A stretch of DNA of 64,000 nucleotides from Candidatus Krumholzibacteriota bacterium (lineage in GTDB: Bacteria; Krumholzibacteriota; Krumholzibacteriia; JAJRXK01). Made by a program: the position numbers and the translations under genes. The notes under the pieces were generated by a model. The model did not search any database, was not told where the DNA came from, and was given only the letters and a program-made list of their open reading frames with translations. Positions 7,272 to 17,395 of this stretch are shown here, in pieces. Location of the stretch: the NCBI GenBank assembly GCA_963806035.1, contig CAWDWO010000032.1:1-64000 (forward strand). The letters run 5' to 3'. Within the stretch, counting starts at the first letter, position 1, and every line of letters begins with the position of its first letter.

Positions 7272-9924
7272 AGACGTTGAGCAATTCCTCGCCGGGAACC
7301 GGCGAATCGGGCAGGGGTTTGCCTCTCTCGTCGGTGAGAGGCTGTCCGTCGACGGTGGTGATGATGGGAATGGGGTGCTTGGCCACATGCTCGTCGAGGG
7401 CGCGCTGCCACTTCTCCTTCACTTCCGCTTCGAGCTTGGTCCAGGCCATTCGGCCGCGGCACTTGGGAAAGCTCGAACAACCCAACCAAGGTCCGCGCAG
7501 GCCCAGGCGCAGGTTGAGCGGCTTGCCGCACTTGGGGCAGGGAAGATCCGTTTCCAGAGGAGGCTGCGAGGGCGCCACTACTTTGTGCGTCTTCTTGTCC
7601 AGGTTGAGAATGCCGTCACAGGGGTTCTTCTCGTCGTTGTAGCGGCGGCAACCCAGGAAAGGGCCGAAGCGTCCGACCCGCTTGATCATGGGTTCTCCGC
7701 ACTTGGGGCAGGCCACGTTGGTCTCCTCCACCGGTCGCGGTTTCCCCTCGCGATCGATGGGACTGGCCCAGCTGCACTTGGGATAGGTGGAACACGAGAG
7801 GAAGCGTCCGTTCTTTCCGAAGCGATACACGGTGGGCGCGCCGCAGGCGCCGCAGCGGTATTCGTCGGGCGCGGGTTGCGTTTCGGCCTTGGCGTGTCCG
7901 AGTTCCTCCAGGGCTATCTTTAGCTTCTGCGAGAAGGGTTCGTAAAACTTCTCCAGCATGCTGATCCAGTCGTGGTGCTCCTCTTCGATCTTGTCCAGCT
8001 CGGCTTCCATCTTCTTGGTGTAGTCCACCCGAAAGATCCCGGGAAACGCCTCGCGCAGTTTGTCGATGACGATCTCGCCCAGATCGGTGGCGTAGAAGCG
8101 CCGCTCGATTTGCTCCACGTACTTGCGCAGCTGAATGACCTGGATGATGGAGGCGTAGGTGGACGGCCGCCCGATCCCCTCGGCCTCGAGTTTCTTGATG
8201 AGGCTGGCTTCGGTATAGCGCGCCGGAGGGGCCGAGAAACGCTGCTTGGGCTCGATGGCGAAGGGCGAGAGCGAGTCGTTCTCCTTCAGCGGAGGAAGCG
8301 ATTGCTCGTCGCTGGCCAAAGGAACCCCCGCCACTTTGTAAAAGCCGTCGAAAGCCAGAGTGCGTCCCTGGGTCTTGAAAGTGACCGGCTTCGCGGGGTC
8401 GATGCCGCCCTCGATGAACACGCTGGTGGAGTCCCACTGGGCGGGCTTCATCTGGCAGGCCACGAAACGACTCCAGATGAGGGAATACACTTTGTACTGA
8501 TCGGGCCTGAGCACGTTCTTGAGCTTCTGCGGGGAGTGCGCGAGCGAGGTGGGACGGATCGCTTCGTGGGCATCCTGGGCCTGGGAATTCGAAGAGGAAA
8601 AGAAATTGGGCTTTTGCGGCAGGTACTCCGCGCCGTACTCCTTTTGAATGAACTCGCGCGCCATGCTCAGGGCGTCTCCGCTCAGGCGCGTGCTGTCGGT
8701 TCGCATGTAGGTGATCAAACCGGTCGGACCCTCGCCCGGAATCTCGACGCCTTCGTAGAGCTGCTGCGCCGCCTGCATGGTGCGCCGTGCCGCGAAACCC
8801 AAGCGCGAGGACCCCGCCTGCTGCAGGGTGGAGGTGATGAAGGGCGCGGCGGGACGCGTGCTGGTGCGTTTCGACTCGATGGCGGTCACCCTGTACTTGG
8901 CGGCAGGATCGATCTCTCCACTGACCACGCGCAGGTGGCGCGCGGGGCCCTTTCCCTTGGGATCCTCGGTGACTTCGGTCTGGATCGATTGCAGGCCGGC
9001 CAGTCGCGCGACCTCGAGCAGGGCGGGCGTGTTGTCCTGCGCCGACGCATCCTTGAACTTCTCGTCCTGGGACACGCCGTCGATCATTCCCTCCAGCTTG
9101 AGTTCGAATTTCTTGCCGGCCACTTTGACCAGCTCGGCGCGCACGGCCTCCTTCTTGGCGAGCCATGCGTTGAGCTGCTTCTGCGTGGGAGGTTTCCCCT
9201 TCTCGTCGCGCTTTGCCAGCAGAGCCGCCCAGTCGGCGCTCAACTTTTCGCGCAGCGCAGAGTCACCGTGAAAATTGGCCAGGATCTGCCAGCTCTCGTC
9301 GGGCACGAAGGCGCGGATCTCGCGTTCGCGCTCCACCACCAGGCGCACCGCGACGCTCTGCACCCGGCCCGCCGACAGTCCACGCGCGACTTTCTTCCAC
9401 AAAAGAGGAGAGACCTGATAGCCCACGATGCGATCCAGGATGCGCCGGGCCTGCTGCGCGTTGACGCGATCCATGTCGATGGCGCGCGGGTCCTTGAACG
9501 CGTGATCGATTTCGTCGCGGGTGATGGCGCTGAAGATGACGCGCTTGGCCTGTTCCGGAGTGATCCCCACGAGTTCCGCTAGATGCCAGGCGATGGCCTC
9601 GCCCTCGCGGTCGAGGTCGGTCGCGAACCAGACTTCGCGTGCATTCTTGGCGGCGCGCTTCAGCTCGCTCACCAGCTTTGACTTGCCCTTGAGCACCTCG
9701 TAGCGCGGATGGAAGTGGTTCTCCAAGTCGATTCCCGGGACCGGCGACTTGTCTCCCTTGGGATTTTTGCTGGGAAGGTCGCGTACGTGCCCCACGCTGG
9801 CGACCACCACGAAGTCCTTCCCCAGATATTTGTTGATGGTTCGCGCTTTGGATGGGCTCTCGACGATGACGAGCTGCTTGCCGTCGGTCTTGGGCATCTT
9901 GCTACGGGTGGTCTTCTTGGCCAT
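7270..9924 (-). CDS. topA: DNA topoisomerase I (type IA) with three C-terminal zinc ribbons
   Basis: IVESPSK TOPRIM, ATDLDREGE, SAGRVQS, ITYMRTDS, GIGRPSTY; CxxC ribbons. Confidence 0.97.
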   Translation of the reverse strand: MAKKTTRSKMPKTDGKQLVIVESPSKARTINKYLGKDFVVVASVGHVRDLPSKNPKGDKSPVPGIDLENHFHPRYEVLKGKSKLVSELKRAAKNAREVWFATDLDREGEAIAWHLAELVGITPEQAKRVIFSAITRDEIDHAFKDPRAIDMDRVNAQQARRILDRIVGYQVSPLLWKKVARGLSAGRVQSVAVRLVVEREREIRAFVPDESWQILANFHGDSALREKLSADWAALLAKRDEKGKPPTQKQLNAWLAKKEAVRAELVKVAGKKFELKLEGMIDGVSQDEKFKDASAQDNTPALLEVARLAGLQSIQTEVTEDPKGKGPARHLRVVSGEIDPAAKYRVTAIESKRTSTRPAAPFITSTLQQAGSSRLGFAARRTMQAAQQLYEGVEIPGEGPTGLITYMRTDSTRLSGDALSMAREFIQKEYGAEYLPQKPNFFSSSNSQAQDAHEAIRPTSLAHSPQKLKNVLRPDQYKVYSLIWSRFVACQMKPAQWDSTSVFIEGGIDPAKPVTFKTQGRTLAFDGFYKVAGVPLASDEQSLPPLKENDSLSPFAIEPKQRFSAPPARYTEASLIKKLEAEGIGRPSTYASIIQVIQLRKYVEQIERRFYATDLGEIVIDKLREAFPGIFRVDYTKKMEAELDKIEEEHHDWISMLEKFYEPFSQKLKIALEELGHAKAETQPAPDEYRCGACGAPTVYRFGKNGRFLSCSTYPKCSWASPIDREGKPRPVEETNVACPKCGEPMIKRVGRFGPFLGCRRYNDEKNPCDGILNLDKKTHKVVAPSQPPLETDLPCPKCGKPLNLRLGLRGPWLGCSSFPKCRGRMAWTKLEAEVKEKWQRALDEHVAKHPIPIITTVDGQPLTDERGKPLPDSPVPGEELLNV

Positions 9925-10459
9925 GAACTCTAAAACCCTACTCTTCCTATGGAGACCATTTCGGCCGGGGCGCAACGCCCCTGAAGGCCTTCTCTTCGCG
10001 GGGCAGATCTGACACGGGGGAGAATTGGCGCCCGGCGTCTCTCACCGCAGCCGCGGAGCTACCTATATATAGCGGCCAGCCGAGGCTGTCCAATCGCCCC
10101 CGCCAGGGGCCCTCGAGTTCGCCTTCGCGCGCGCTCTCCGCGGCGGCGCTCGCCGGGGCGCCCCTCGGCCCCGGAGGATGCCGCCGGGGTGGGGTCACCC
10201 TTCTTTCCCCGCCCGTTCATAATTCGAAATAAACTCGAAAATATAAAATTTCGCACCACCAAGGATCGACAGGTGGAGGGTCTCCAAAAAGCGCTTGAAC
10301 TCGCACTGCAGCAAGGAGTTGAACAAACTACTACGAAGATACAAGGAATGGCGACGCAAAAGGCACCACCGGGCGGACGCGCGCGCCAGGGCCGCAGAGG
10401 GCCGGAGCTGGACCGACAGAGAGGACGAGGCTCCACGGGGCCGCGCCGCCGCGCGCGGC

Positions 10460-11689
10460 TCAGATCATCAGCCCGGCGATGGTCGCGGTCATCCAGGAGG
10501 CGAGTGCGCCGCCGATCATGGCCCGCAGACCCAGACGGGCCAGGTCGCTGCGACGCTCGGGGGCCAAGGGTCCGATGCCGCCCAGCTGGATGCCGATGCT
10601 GCCGAAGTTGGCGAAGCCACACAGCGCGTAGGTGGCGATGATGGAGGCGCGCGGGCTGAGGGCCGCCGCGTGCTCGTACTTGGCCAGATCGGCGTAGGCC
10701 ACGAATTCGTTGATGGAGATCTTGGTGCCCAGCAGCCCGGCGAACTTGAAGCAGTCGTGGGCGGGAACCCCCATCACCCACGCGATGGGCCACAGAAGGT
10801 AGCCGAAGAGTTCGTGCAGGCTGGAGGGCCACCAGCTCAGCCCGATGAGGGCCGCTCCCTTGCCCAGGATGGCGTCGAAGACCGCGATGAGAGCGATGAA
10901 TCCGATGAGCATGGCGGCCACGTTCAGAGCCAGCTTCATCCCCTGCGAGCAGCCCTCGGCCGCCGCCTCCACCAGATTCGTCGTGGTCTTGGGCAGATGG
11001 AGCTGGACCTTGCCCCGGGTGAGGCTCTCCTCGGTCTCGGGCACCAGAATCCGCGCGATGACCAGCGCGGCGGGCGCGCTCATGACGCTGGCCGCCAGGA
11101 GATGGCCCGCGTCGATTCCGAAGGAGATGTACCCTGCCAGGACGCTGCCCGCGATGGTGGCGAACCCACCGGTCATGAGCACCATCAATTCCGCCTGGGT
11201 CATCTGCGCGATGTAGGGCCGTACCACCAGGGGCGCCTCGGTCTGGCCGATGAAGACGTTGGCCGCCACCGAAAGGCTCTCGCTGCCACTCACCCCCATG
11301 ACGCGGGTCATGAAGCGGGCCATGAGCGAGACCACGCGCTGCATGATCCCCAAGTGGTAGAGCACCGACATGGTGGCGCTGAAGAAGATGATGGAGGGCA
11401 GCACGTAGAAGGCGAAGACCATCCCCACGCTCCCGTTGGGACGGGCGAGATCGCCGAAGACGAATTCGCTGCCGACGTAGGTGAAGGCCAGAAAGCGGGT
11501 GACGACCCGGCGGATCAGGTCGAAGAAGGCCCGGCCGGGAGGGAAGAGGAGGACGATCGCCGCGAAGGCGACCTGCAGCAGGAGGCCGGAACCGACCAGC
11601 CGCCAGTCGACAGCCCGGCGGTTGGTGGAGAAGAGCCAGGCGAGCCCCATGAGAACGACGAGGCCCAAGAGCCCCACGAGATGTGTCAT
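10460..11689 (-). CDS. nupC: Concentrative nucleoside transporter (CNT family)
   Basis: GSEFVFG, ANVFIGQTEAPL, GGFATIAGSV, NEFVAY, ALCGFANFGSIGI. Confidence 0.95.
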   Translation of the reverse strand: MTHLVGLLGLVVLMGLAWLFSTNRRAVDWRLVGSGLLLQVAFAAIVLLFPPGRAFFDLIRRVVTRFLAFTYVGSEFVFGDLARPNGSVGMVFAFYVLPSIIFFSATMSVLYHLGIMQRVVSLMARFMTRVMGVSGSESLSVAANVFIGQTEAPLVVRPYIAQMTQAELMVLMTGGFATIAGSVLAGYISFGIDAGHLLAASVMSAPAALVIARILVPETEESLTRGKVQLHLPKTTTNLVEAAAEGCSQGMKLALNVAAMLIGFIALIAVFDAILGKGAALIGLSWWPSSLHELFGYLLWPIAWVMGVPAHDCFKFAGLLGTKISINEFVAYADLAKYEHAAALSPRASIIATYALCGFANFGSIGIQLGGIGPLAPERRSDLARLGLRAMIGGALASWMTATIAGLMI

Positions 11690-11923
11690 GGGCTTGATCA
11701 TCCGCAAGGAAAATCGGAGTGTCAAGCCGGGGCTGCACGATCGTGGCCTCGGACACCGTGCGGCCCGGCTCGGTCCGAGCTCAGCAGGGAGAGGACGCGC
11801 CCCGTTGACGCGCCCAGCTCGGGTGACTAGGCTACTGCGTGTCCGAAGTCGTGGAAGCTCGTCTCGGGCAAACCAACTGCTCTGCAAGAACCCACTGCTG
11901 CGGCGATCACGAAGAGTAAAACC

Positions 11924-12601
11924 ATGACCAGCTCGGACATCCAGCATCCTCCCGTCATCATCGGAATCGGTGGAGGGAGTGGCAGTGGCAAGACCACGGT
12001 CGCTCTCAAAGTGCGTGAGCGCTTTCCCCGCAAGACGGTGGAGATCATCCACCACGACTCCTACTATCTCGACCGGCCCGATCTGAGTGCGTCCGAACGC
12101 CACCGCATCAACTACGACCACCCGGGCGCGTTCGAGACCAGCCTCCTGGTACAGCACCTGGCCGCCCTGCGCGCGGGGAAGAAAGTCGACGTTCCCGTCT
12201 ACGACTTCACCACCCAGCGCCGCAGCGATCAGGTGGAACCGGTAGCGCCCGCCGACATTCTTTTCGTGGAGGGCATCCTCGTGTTGGAAAGCCCCGAGCT
12301 GCGCGGACAGATGGACATCCGCCTGTATGTGGACGTGGAGGACGACGAGCGCTTCATCCGGCGTCTCGAACGCGACATCTCCGAACGCGGACGCAGCATG
12401 GATTCGGTGATCCGGCAGTATCGTGAGACGGTGAAGCCCATGCACCTGCAGTTCGTGGAACCGAGCAAGCGCTACGCGCAGCTCATCATTCCCGAGGGGG
12501 GCCACAATACGGTGGCGATCGACATGATCTGCGCCAAGGTCCAGGACATCCTCATCCAGCGAGGACGGGCCGAGGCGGGTTACCAAGGAGCAAACGAGTG
12601 A
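11924..12601 (+). CDS. udk: Uridine kinase
   Basis: IGIGGGSGSGKTT, DSYY, NYDHP, VEGIL, RDISERGR, FVEPSK. Confidence 0.97.
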   Translation: MTSSDIQHPPVIIGIGGGSGSGKTTVALKVRERFPRKTVEIIHHDSYYLDRPDLSASERHRINYDHPGAFETSLLVQHLAALRAGKKVDVPVYDFTTQRRSDQVEPVAPADILFVEGILVLESPELRGQMDIRLYVDVEDDERFIRRLERDISERGRSMDSVIRQYRETVKPMHLQFVEPSKRYAQLIIPEGGHNTVAIDMICAKVQDILIQRGRAEAGYQGANE

Positions 12602-13152
12602 CCTTCGACGACCAGGAATACGTGGATCGTGATCCCTTGATCGACCGAGTCCTCATCTCGAGCGAGGACATCCAACGGCGCGTTACCGAACTGGGCCGGG
12701 AGATCTCGGCCGAGTACGAGGGACGAGTCCCCATCGTGGTGAGCATCCTCAAGGGCGGGGTGATGTTTCACGCCGACCTGCAACGTCGGTTGTCCTTGCT
12801 GCACGAGATCGACTTCTTGAGCGTGAGCTCTTACCACGGCAAGGCCCAGTCCAGTGGCGTGGTGCGGATCGTGAAGGACCTCAAGGAGGACATCACCGGC
12901 CGGGACGTGATCCTGGTGGAGGACATCGTCGACACCGGCCACACCTTGGCCTACCTCCTGGAGATCCTGAAGGCCCGGCGTCCCAATTCGCTCAAGGTGG
13001 TGGCCCTCCTCAACAAGGCCAAGGCCCGGGTCATCGAGGTTCCGGTCGACTGGGTCGGCTTCGACATCCCCAGCGAATTCGTGATCGGCTACGGCCTGGA
13101 CTGGCAGGAAAAGTACCGCCACCTCCCCTTCGTAGGGGTCCTCAAAGGCTGA
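12598..13152 (+). CDS. hpt: Hypoxanthine phosphoribosyltransferase
   Basis: ILKGG, VSSY, LVEDIVDTGHTL, FVIGYGLD; GTGA overlap with udk. Confidence 0.97.
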   Translation: MTFDDQEYVDRDPLIDRVLISSEDIQRRVTELGREISAEYEGRVPIVVSILKGGVMFHADLQRRLSLLHEIDFLSVSSYHGKAQSSGVVRIVKDLKEDITGRDVILVEDIVDTGHTLAYLLEILKARRPNSLKVVALLNKAKARVIEVPVDWVGFDIPSEFVIGYGLDWQEKYRHLPFVGVLKG

Positions 13153-13256
13153 GATTTTTCTCTTGCGGCGCCCTGGGCGGAGAGACTATCTAGCGGGAGT
13201 GTCTCTGGTTGGATCCCAACTCAGACCGTCAACGTTCAGATCTACGGAGAGGTACG

Positions 13257-13460
13257 ATGAGCGTGGAAACGAAATCGGTCGGGCGCTATCTCACCATCGC
13301 GGACGACTTCGACGATGATTTCGACAACGAGGGATTCGATGACGAGCTCGATGACGATGAGCTCGACGATGAGGACCTCATTGACGACGAGGATCTCGAT
13401 GACGAGGACCTCGATGACGAAGCTCTCGACGACGATTACGACGACGACGACGATTATTGA
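13257..13460 (+). CDS. Small highly acidic protein (67 aa)
   Basis: SD ggagagg before ATG; 38 of 67 residues are D/E. Confidence 0.7.
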   Translation: MSVETKSVGRYLTIADDFDDDFDNEGFDDELDDDELDDEDLIDDEDLDDEDLDDEALDDDYDDDDDY

Positions 13461-13489
13461 TAGGGCGCGACCGCGCGGATAGTGAACCG

Positions 13490-14245
13490 CTAGAAAAGTA
13501 TGCCGCCGTGGAGACTGCCCATCCACGTCCAGATCTGTGAAGCGGGTACCTGGTTATCCACGGATTCCCAGCGGAAGGTAGAGGTCCGCAGGTCGATGCC
13601 GATTTCGAGCTTGCGCCAATTCCAATCCAGTCCGCCTCCAAGTTCGAGCGTCAAGCGGCTGTCGCTGTTGTCGACTTCCGGCCGGTAGGTCGCCTGAAAC
13701 CCACCACTCTGACTTGTCAGCGTCCAGCCCACGCCCGCGTGCACGGTGGGTGTGATGTTTTGCCACTGCAGTGAACGAAAGTGCCAGCCCGCGCTGAGGA
13801 TGTCCTGGCGCAGGTGCACTTCGGGCAGGTTTACTCGCGGAACTCCCCCGGGATCGGAAACCTGCTCCTCACCGTCCACCCACACTTGATAGCGGCTGTC
13901 GGCAGCCATGCGCGTCCAGTAGAGATCGAGTTGATCGCGCAGGCGAAGGCCGAGCCGGAAACCATTCGTGTTCTCGCTGCTCAGTGCGTAGCGGTAGTCG
14001 CGATAGGTATCGAGCGTACCCGTGCCGGTGATGCGGTAGCTCGAGAAGTTCGCCAGGTCGCTCACACCGAGACGGCCGTACTCGTATTCGAGCAGCACCT
14101 TCAAGTTGGGAGAGAGAAGCCGGGCGCCGGCAACCACCGCGGGTGCGGCGAAATGCTCCCAACCCACCTTGGCGCGCGCTTCGGGCGCCGGGGCAAGACC
14201 CAGCACTGCGCCAAGCAGCAGAAGGCAAATTCGGATGCGGCTCAT
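13490..14245 (-). CDS. Putative outer-membrane beta-barrel protein
   Basis: Signal peptide ending ARA, alternating aromatic/hydrophobic strands, C-terminal Phe. Confidence 0.7.
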   Translation of the reverse strand: MSRIRICLLLLGAVLGLAPAPEARAKVGWEHFAAPAVVAGARLLSPNLKVLLEYEYGRLGVSDLANFSSYRITGTGTLDTYRDYRYALSSENTNGFRLGLRLRDQLDLYWTRMAADSRYQVWVDGEEQVSDPGGVPRVNLPEVHLRQDILSAGWHFRSLQWQNITPTVHAGVGWTLTSQSGGFQATYRPEVDNSDSRLTLELGGGLDWNWRKLEIGIDLRTSTFRWESVDNQVPASQIWTWMGSLHGGILF

Positions 14246-14438
14246 GAATCGATCGAGTCCGTGGGTAGGAGGAGGATTGCCGAGTATCGGCAGAGAGGCT
14301 AGCACGTCGCTCCGGCTGCTTCAATCTCGGTGCTCAGCTTGCGTCCTTGCCCTGACGCGCGCGAGGTCACTACACTGAAGTCATCGTATTCCACCGCGCT
14401 GGCTACGAAATGGCATCACATTCCCCAGGAGCCCGAAT

Positions 14439-15248
14439 ATGCGCAAGCTAGCTTTGGTGTTGCTCGTTTTTCTGAGTCTTCTCGCTGCAAGGGAGGCGTC
14501 TGCGCGCCAGGCGACCGGCGTGCGGCTGCGGGCGACCCCGGCGACCGTCGTGCCCACACACATTTCCCGTCAGCTCGAGGCTCGACCCCGATCCTCGAGC
14601 GGGGCGGCCGTGCCCGGCACATCTTCCTCGGCGACTTCGCTCCAGCCCCTGACCCTCAACTGCGGCAGCGATGGAGTGCCCACCATCGAAAACACCCTGG
14701 TACTCTTCCCCACCGACGCCGCCGGGACGATCTACGCGCCGCAGGCTGACACGGATTCCCTCGATTTGAAGGGGGTCAGTTTCGCCGTCTTCGACGGTGG
14801 CGCCTCCTATCCCGGCACCATCGCGATCGACTTCTACAGTGCGATCGATGCCTACAACTTCGCCTTCGTGGCCGGGGTCGACGTGCCCATCCTGAGCAGC
14901 CCCGGCTTTTCCGGAGCGGACTACCAGGTCGATCTCACGCCCTACGACATTCGCACCGGCAACGAACTTCTGGTGCTGCTGTCCGATCCCAACGCTACCC
15001 TGAGCGCGTCCATCATTCCCGCCGGTGACAGTTCGGCCAGTTGCTACGACGGCGGTAACGCCTGCAGCGTATTGCTGGACGGCACCAGCGGTCAGTTATA
15101 CTTGTACGGCACCTCCGATCCCGAGAGTTGCCCTTCCGCGGTGGACAACATCCTTCTCTTCGATCTCGTTCTCGAAGTCCAGATCGACACCGGGGTTCCC
15201 GTCGACGCGCCCAGCTTCGGCGCCTTGAAGGCCCGCTATTCGCACTGA
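14439..15248 (+). CDS. Secreted hypothetical protein with C-terminal VPVDAPSFGALKARY motif
   Basis: Signal peptide MRKLALVLLVFLSLLAAREASA; SD aggag. Confidence 0.8.
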   Translation: MRKLALVLLVFLSLLAAREASARQATGVRLRATPATVVPTHISRQLEARPRSSSGAAVPGTSSSATSLQPLTLNCGSDGVPTIENTLVLFPTDAAGTIYAPQADTDSLDLKGVSFAVFDGGASYPGTIAIDFYSAIDAYNFAFVAGVDVPILSSPGFSGADYQVDLTPYDIRTGNELLVLLSDPNATLSASIIPAGDSSASCYDGGNACSVLLDGTSGQLYLYGTSDPESCPSAVDNILLFDLVLEVQIDTGVPVDAPSFGALKARYSH

Positions 15249-15254
15249 GGTCTT

Positions 15255-16631
15255 ATGGACATTTCATTTCTCGACATGCAGGTGTTGACCGATCTCTCGC
15301 AGGCGAGCTGGGTGCGGGATTTGGCCATTCTCCTGGCGCTCACTCTCTTCACCTATCCCCTGGCGCTCCTTTTCTGCCGCCCGCTGCGCCGGCGGATCCA
15401 GAGCGAGCCTGTCGGCGCGCGCAGTCTGAGGCTGCTCCTGTTGGTCGTGGTGCAGGTGGCGATTTGGCCGCTGGTGGCCATCGGCGTTCTCGCTTTGACG
15501 GACTGGCTCATCCGCGCCTACGCGCCCCAGGTGGCGATCGCGGAGGGTCGCGTTCTGCCGGTGCTGGGATTCTTCCTCGTGTTCCGGGTGATCAGCGCTC
15601 TCTCGCGAGTTCTGGTGACGGACCCGCGCCGCCAAGCGCGCATCCGCTTCGTGGTCTTGCCGGTGCTCTTCGTGCTGGCCGTTTTGCAGCAAGTTGGAGC
15701 CCTGGGGAGCTTGCTCGCCTGGCTCAACCGGCCCCTGTTCCACCTCGCCGCGCGCGACATCTCCAGCCTCTCCGTACTTCTTGGCCTCGCGCTTCTGCTC
15801 CTCTTCTTCGCGGGGGCGCGCTTTCTGGGAGATCTTTTGGGTCGGCAAGTGCTCCCGAGAATGGGGATGGATCGTCCGCTGAGCGAGGCCTTGGGGACCG
15901 TATTGCGCTACGTGCTCATCGTGGTCGGCGTGATGGTGGCCCTGGACACCATCGGTTTCGATCTGGGCACTCTGCAGATCGGCCTGGGCGCCCTCGGAGT
16001 GGGCATCGGCTTCGGCTTGCAGGATCTGGTGCAGAACTTCGCGAGCGGTATCATTCTGCTCTTCGAGCGCACGATCAAGCGCGGGGACATCGTCTCCATG
16101 GAAGGTGGCGTGGCCAAAGTACTGCGCATCGGACTGCGCAGTTCGGTGGTGCGCAATCGCAGTGGGCACGAGATCGTGGTGCCCAACAAGCTTCTGGTCG
16201 CCAATCCGGTGACCAATTACAGCCTGAGCGATTCGAAAGTCCGCATCGACATCCGCGTGGGTGTGAGCTACGGATCCGATCCGAGGGAAGTGGAGAAAGT
16301 CCTGGTGGACGCCGCGGGCGAGAACGAGGATCTCCTGCCAAAGCCCAAGCCGAAAGTCCTCTTCCGCAACTTCGGCGATTCCTCGATCGACTTCGAGCTG
16401 CGGGCCTGGCTGAACGACGAGATGCTCGAACCCAGAGTGCGCAGCGAGCTGCTCTTCAGCATCTGGTACAAGCTCAAGCAGGCCGGGATCGAGATTCCCT
16501 TTCCCCAGCGCGACCTTCACCTGCGCGACCACACCGCGGTGCGTCCGTCCGAGGCTGCACAGGATTCCGCGCCGGAGAATCGCTCCCTGGTGGAGGACTC
16601 AAGCCAGGAGGACAGCGAGGACGTCTTCTAG
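15255..16631 (+). CDS. MscS family mechanosensitive channel
   Basis: GALGVGIGFGLQDLVQNFASG, IGLRSS, VPN, GVSYGSD, FGDSSIDFEL, IPFPQRDL. Confidence 0.95.
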   Translation: MDISFLDMQVLTDLSQASWVRDLAILLALTLFTYPLALLFCRPLRRRIQSEPVGARSLRLLLLVVVQVAIWPLVAIGVLALTDWLIRAYAPQVAIAEGRVLPVLGFFLVFRVISALSRVLVTDPRRQARIRFVVLPVLFVLAVLQQVGALGSLLAWLNRPLFHLAARDISSLSVLLGLALLLLFFAGARFLGDLLGRQVLPRMGMDRPLSEALGTVLRYVLIVVGVMVALDTIGFDLGTLQIGLGALGVGIGFGLQDLVQNFASGIILLFERTIKRGDIVSMEGGVAKVLRIGLRSSVVRNRSGHEIVVPNKLLVANPVTNYSLSDSKVRIDIRVGVSYGSDPREVEKVLVDAAGENEDLLPKPKPKVLFRNFGDSSIDFELRAWLNDEMLEPRVRSELLFSIWYKLKQAGIEIPFPQRDLHLRDHTAVRPSEAAQDSAPENRSLVEDSSQEDSEDVF

Positions 16632-17297
16632 GGCGGAGAGGTCCGAAAAGAGAGCATCGGGCCGCGCCGCGCGCAGATGATCCGCCGCGGTGGGACCGGT
16701 CGCGACCGCCAGGCACTTCACGCCGACCTTTCGGGCTGCCTCGACGTCGCTGACGGTGTCGCCGACGATCCACGCGCGCTCGCGCGCTCCGCTCCAGTGG
16801 AGTTCTTCGCGCGCGAGCTTCAGGGCGGCGGCAAAGAGGGGGACTCTCTCCTCGTGAAGATCGCCGTACACCCCGTGCAGGAAGAAAGTGTCCAGTCCGA
16901 AACGCTGCAATTTGATCTGCGCGGTCTGCGGCAAATTCCCGCTGCCGATCATCAACAACACTTCGGGGTTCTCACGAAGCGCGAGCAACAGTTCCTTCGC
17001 ACCGGGCATCAGGCGCGGACCTTCGGCCGTGGGGTACTGTTCGCGCATGAGCGCGGCGTAACGCGCCGCGAAATGCGAAAACTCGCTCTCGAGACGTTCG
17101 CTCGCTTGCGCCCGTTGTAGGAGCAGAGATAGCACGCCGCGATCGCAGCGGCCCGCGAAAGAGAGACCGTTCAAAAGGGGCGGCATCGCGAAGACCTCTT
17201 CGAATGCTCTCTCGAACAACTCGCGGGCAACCGTTCCGCTCAGCAGCAGAGTTCCGTCGATGTCGAAGATGATGAGGCGCTCGCGGACTCTCTCCAA
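16599..17297 (-). CDS. HAD family hydrolase
   Basis: FDIDGTL motif I, VGDTVSD motif IV. Confidence 0.9.
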   Translation of the reverse strand: MERVRERLIIFDIDGTLLLSGTVARELFERAFEEVFAMPPLLNGLSFAGRCDRGVLSLLLQRAQASERLESEFSHFAARYAALMREQYPTAEGPRLMPGAKELLLALRENPEVLLMIGSGNLPQTAQIKLQRFGLDTFFLHGVYGDLHEERVPLFAAALKLAREELHWSGARERAWIVGDTVSDVEAARKVGVKCLAVATGPTAADHLRAARPDALFSDLSALEDVLAVLLA

Positions 17298-17395
17298 GGT
17301 AGCCTACTCTCGCTCGAGGCTTAGCTTCACGCTAGACACTGACGGCCCTGAGTCTCGATACTACAGGGACTTCGCTTCCATTCTGGAGTCAAAAT

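Noticed and set aside
10059..12586. Long ORFs overlapping nupC, and the 5' extension of the 708-aa ORF
   Set aside because: Shadow frames in GC-rich DNA; the extension is antisense to udk
13242..13526. Hydrophobic minus-strand ORF (IVVVVVIVE...)
   Set aside because: Antisense translation of the Asp/Glu codon run
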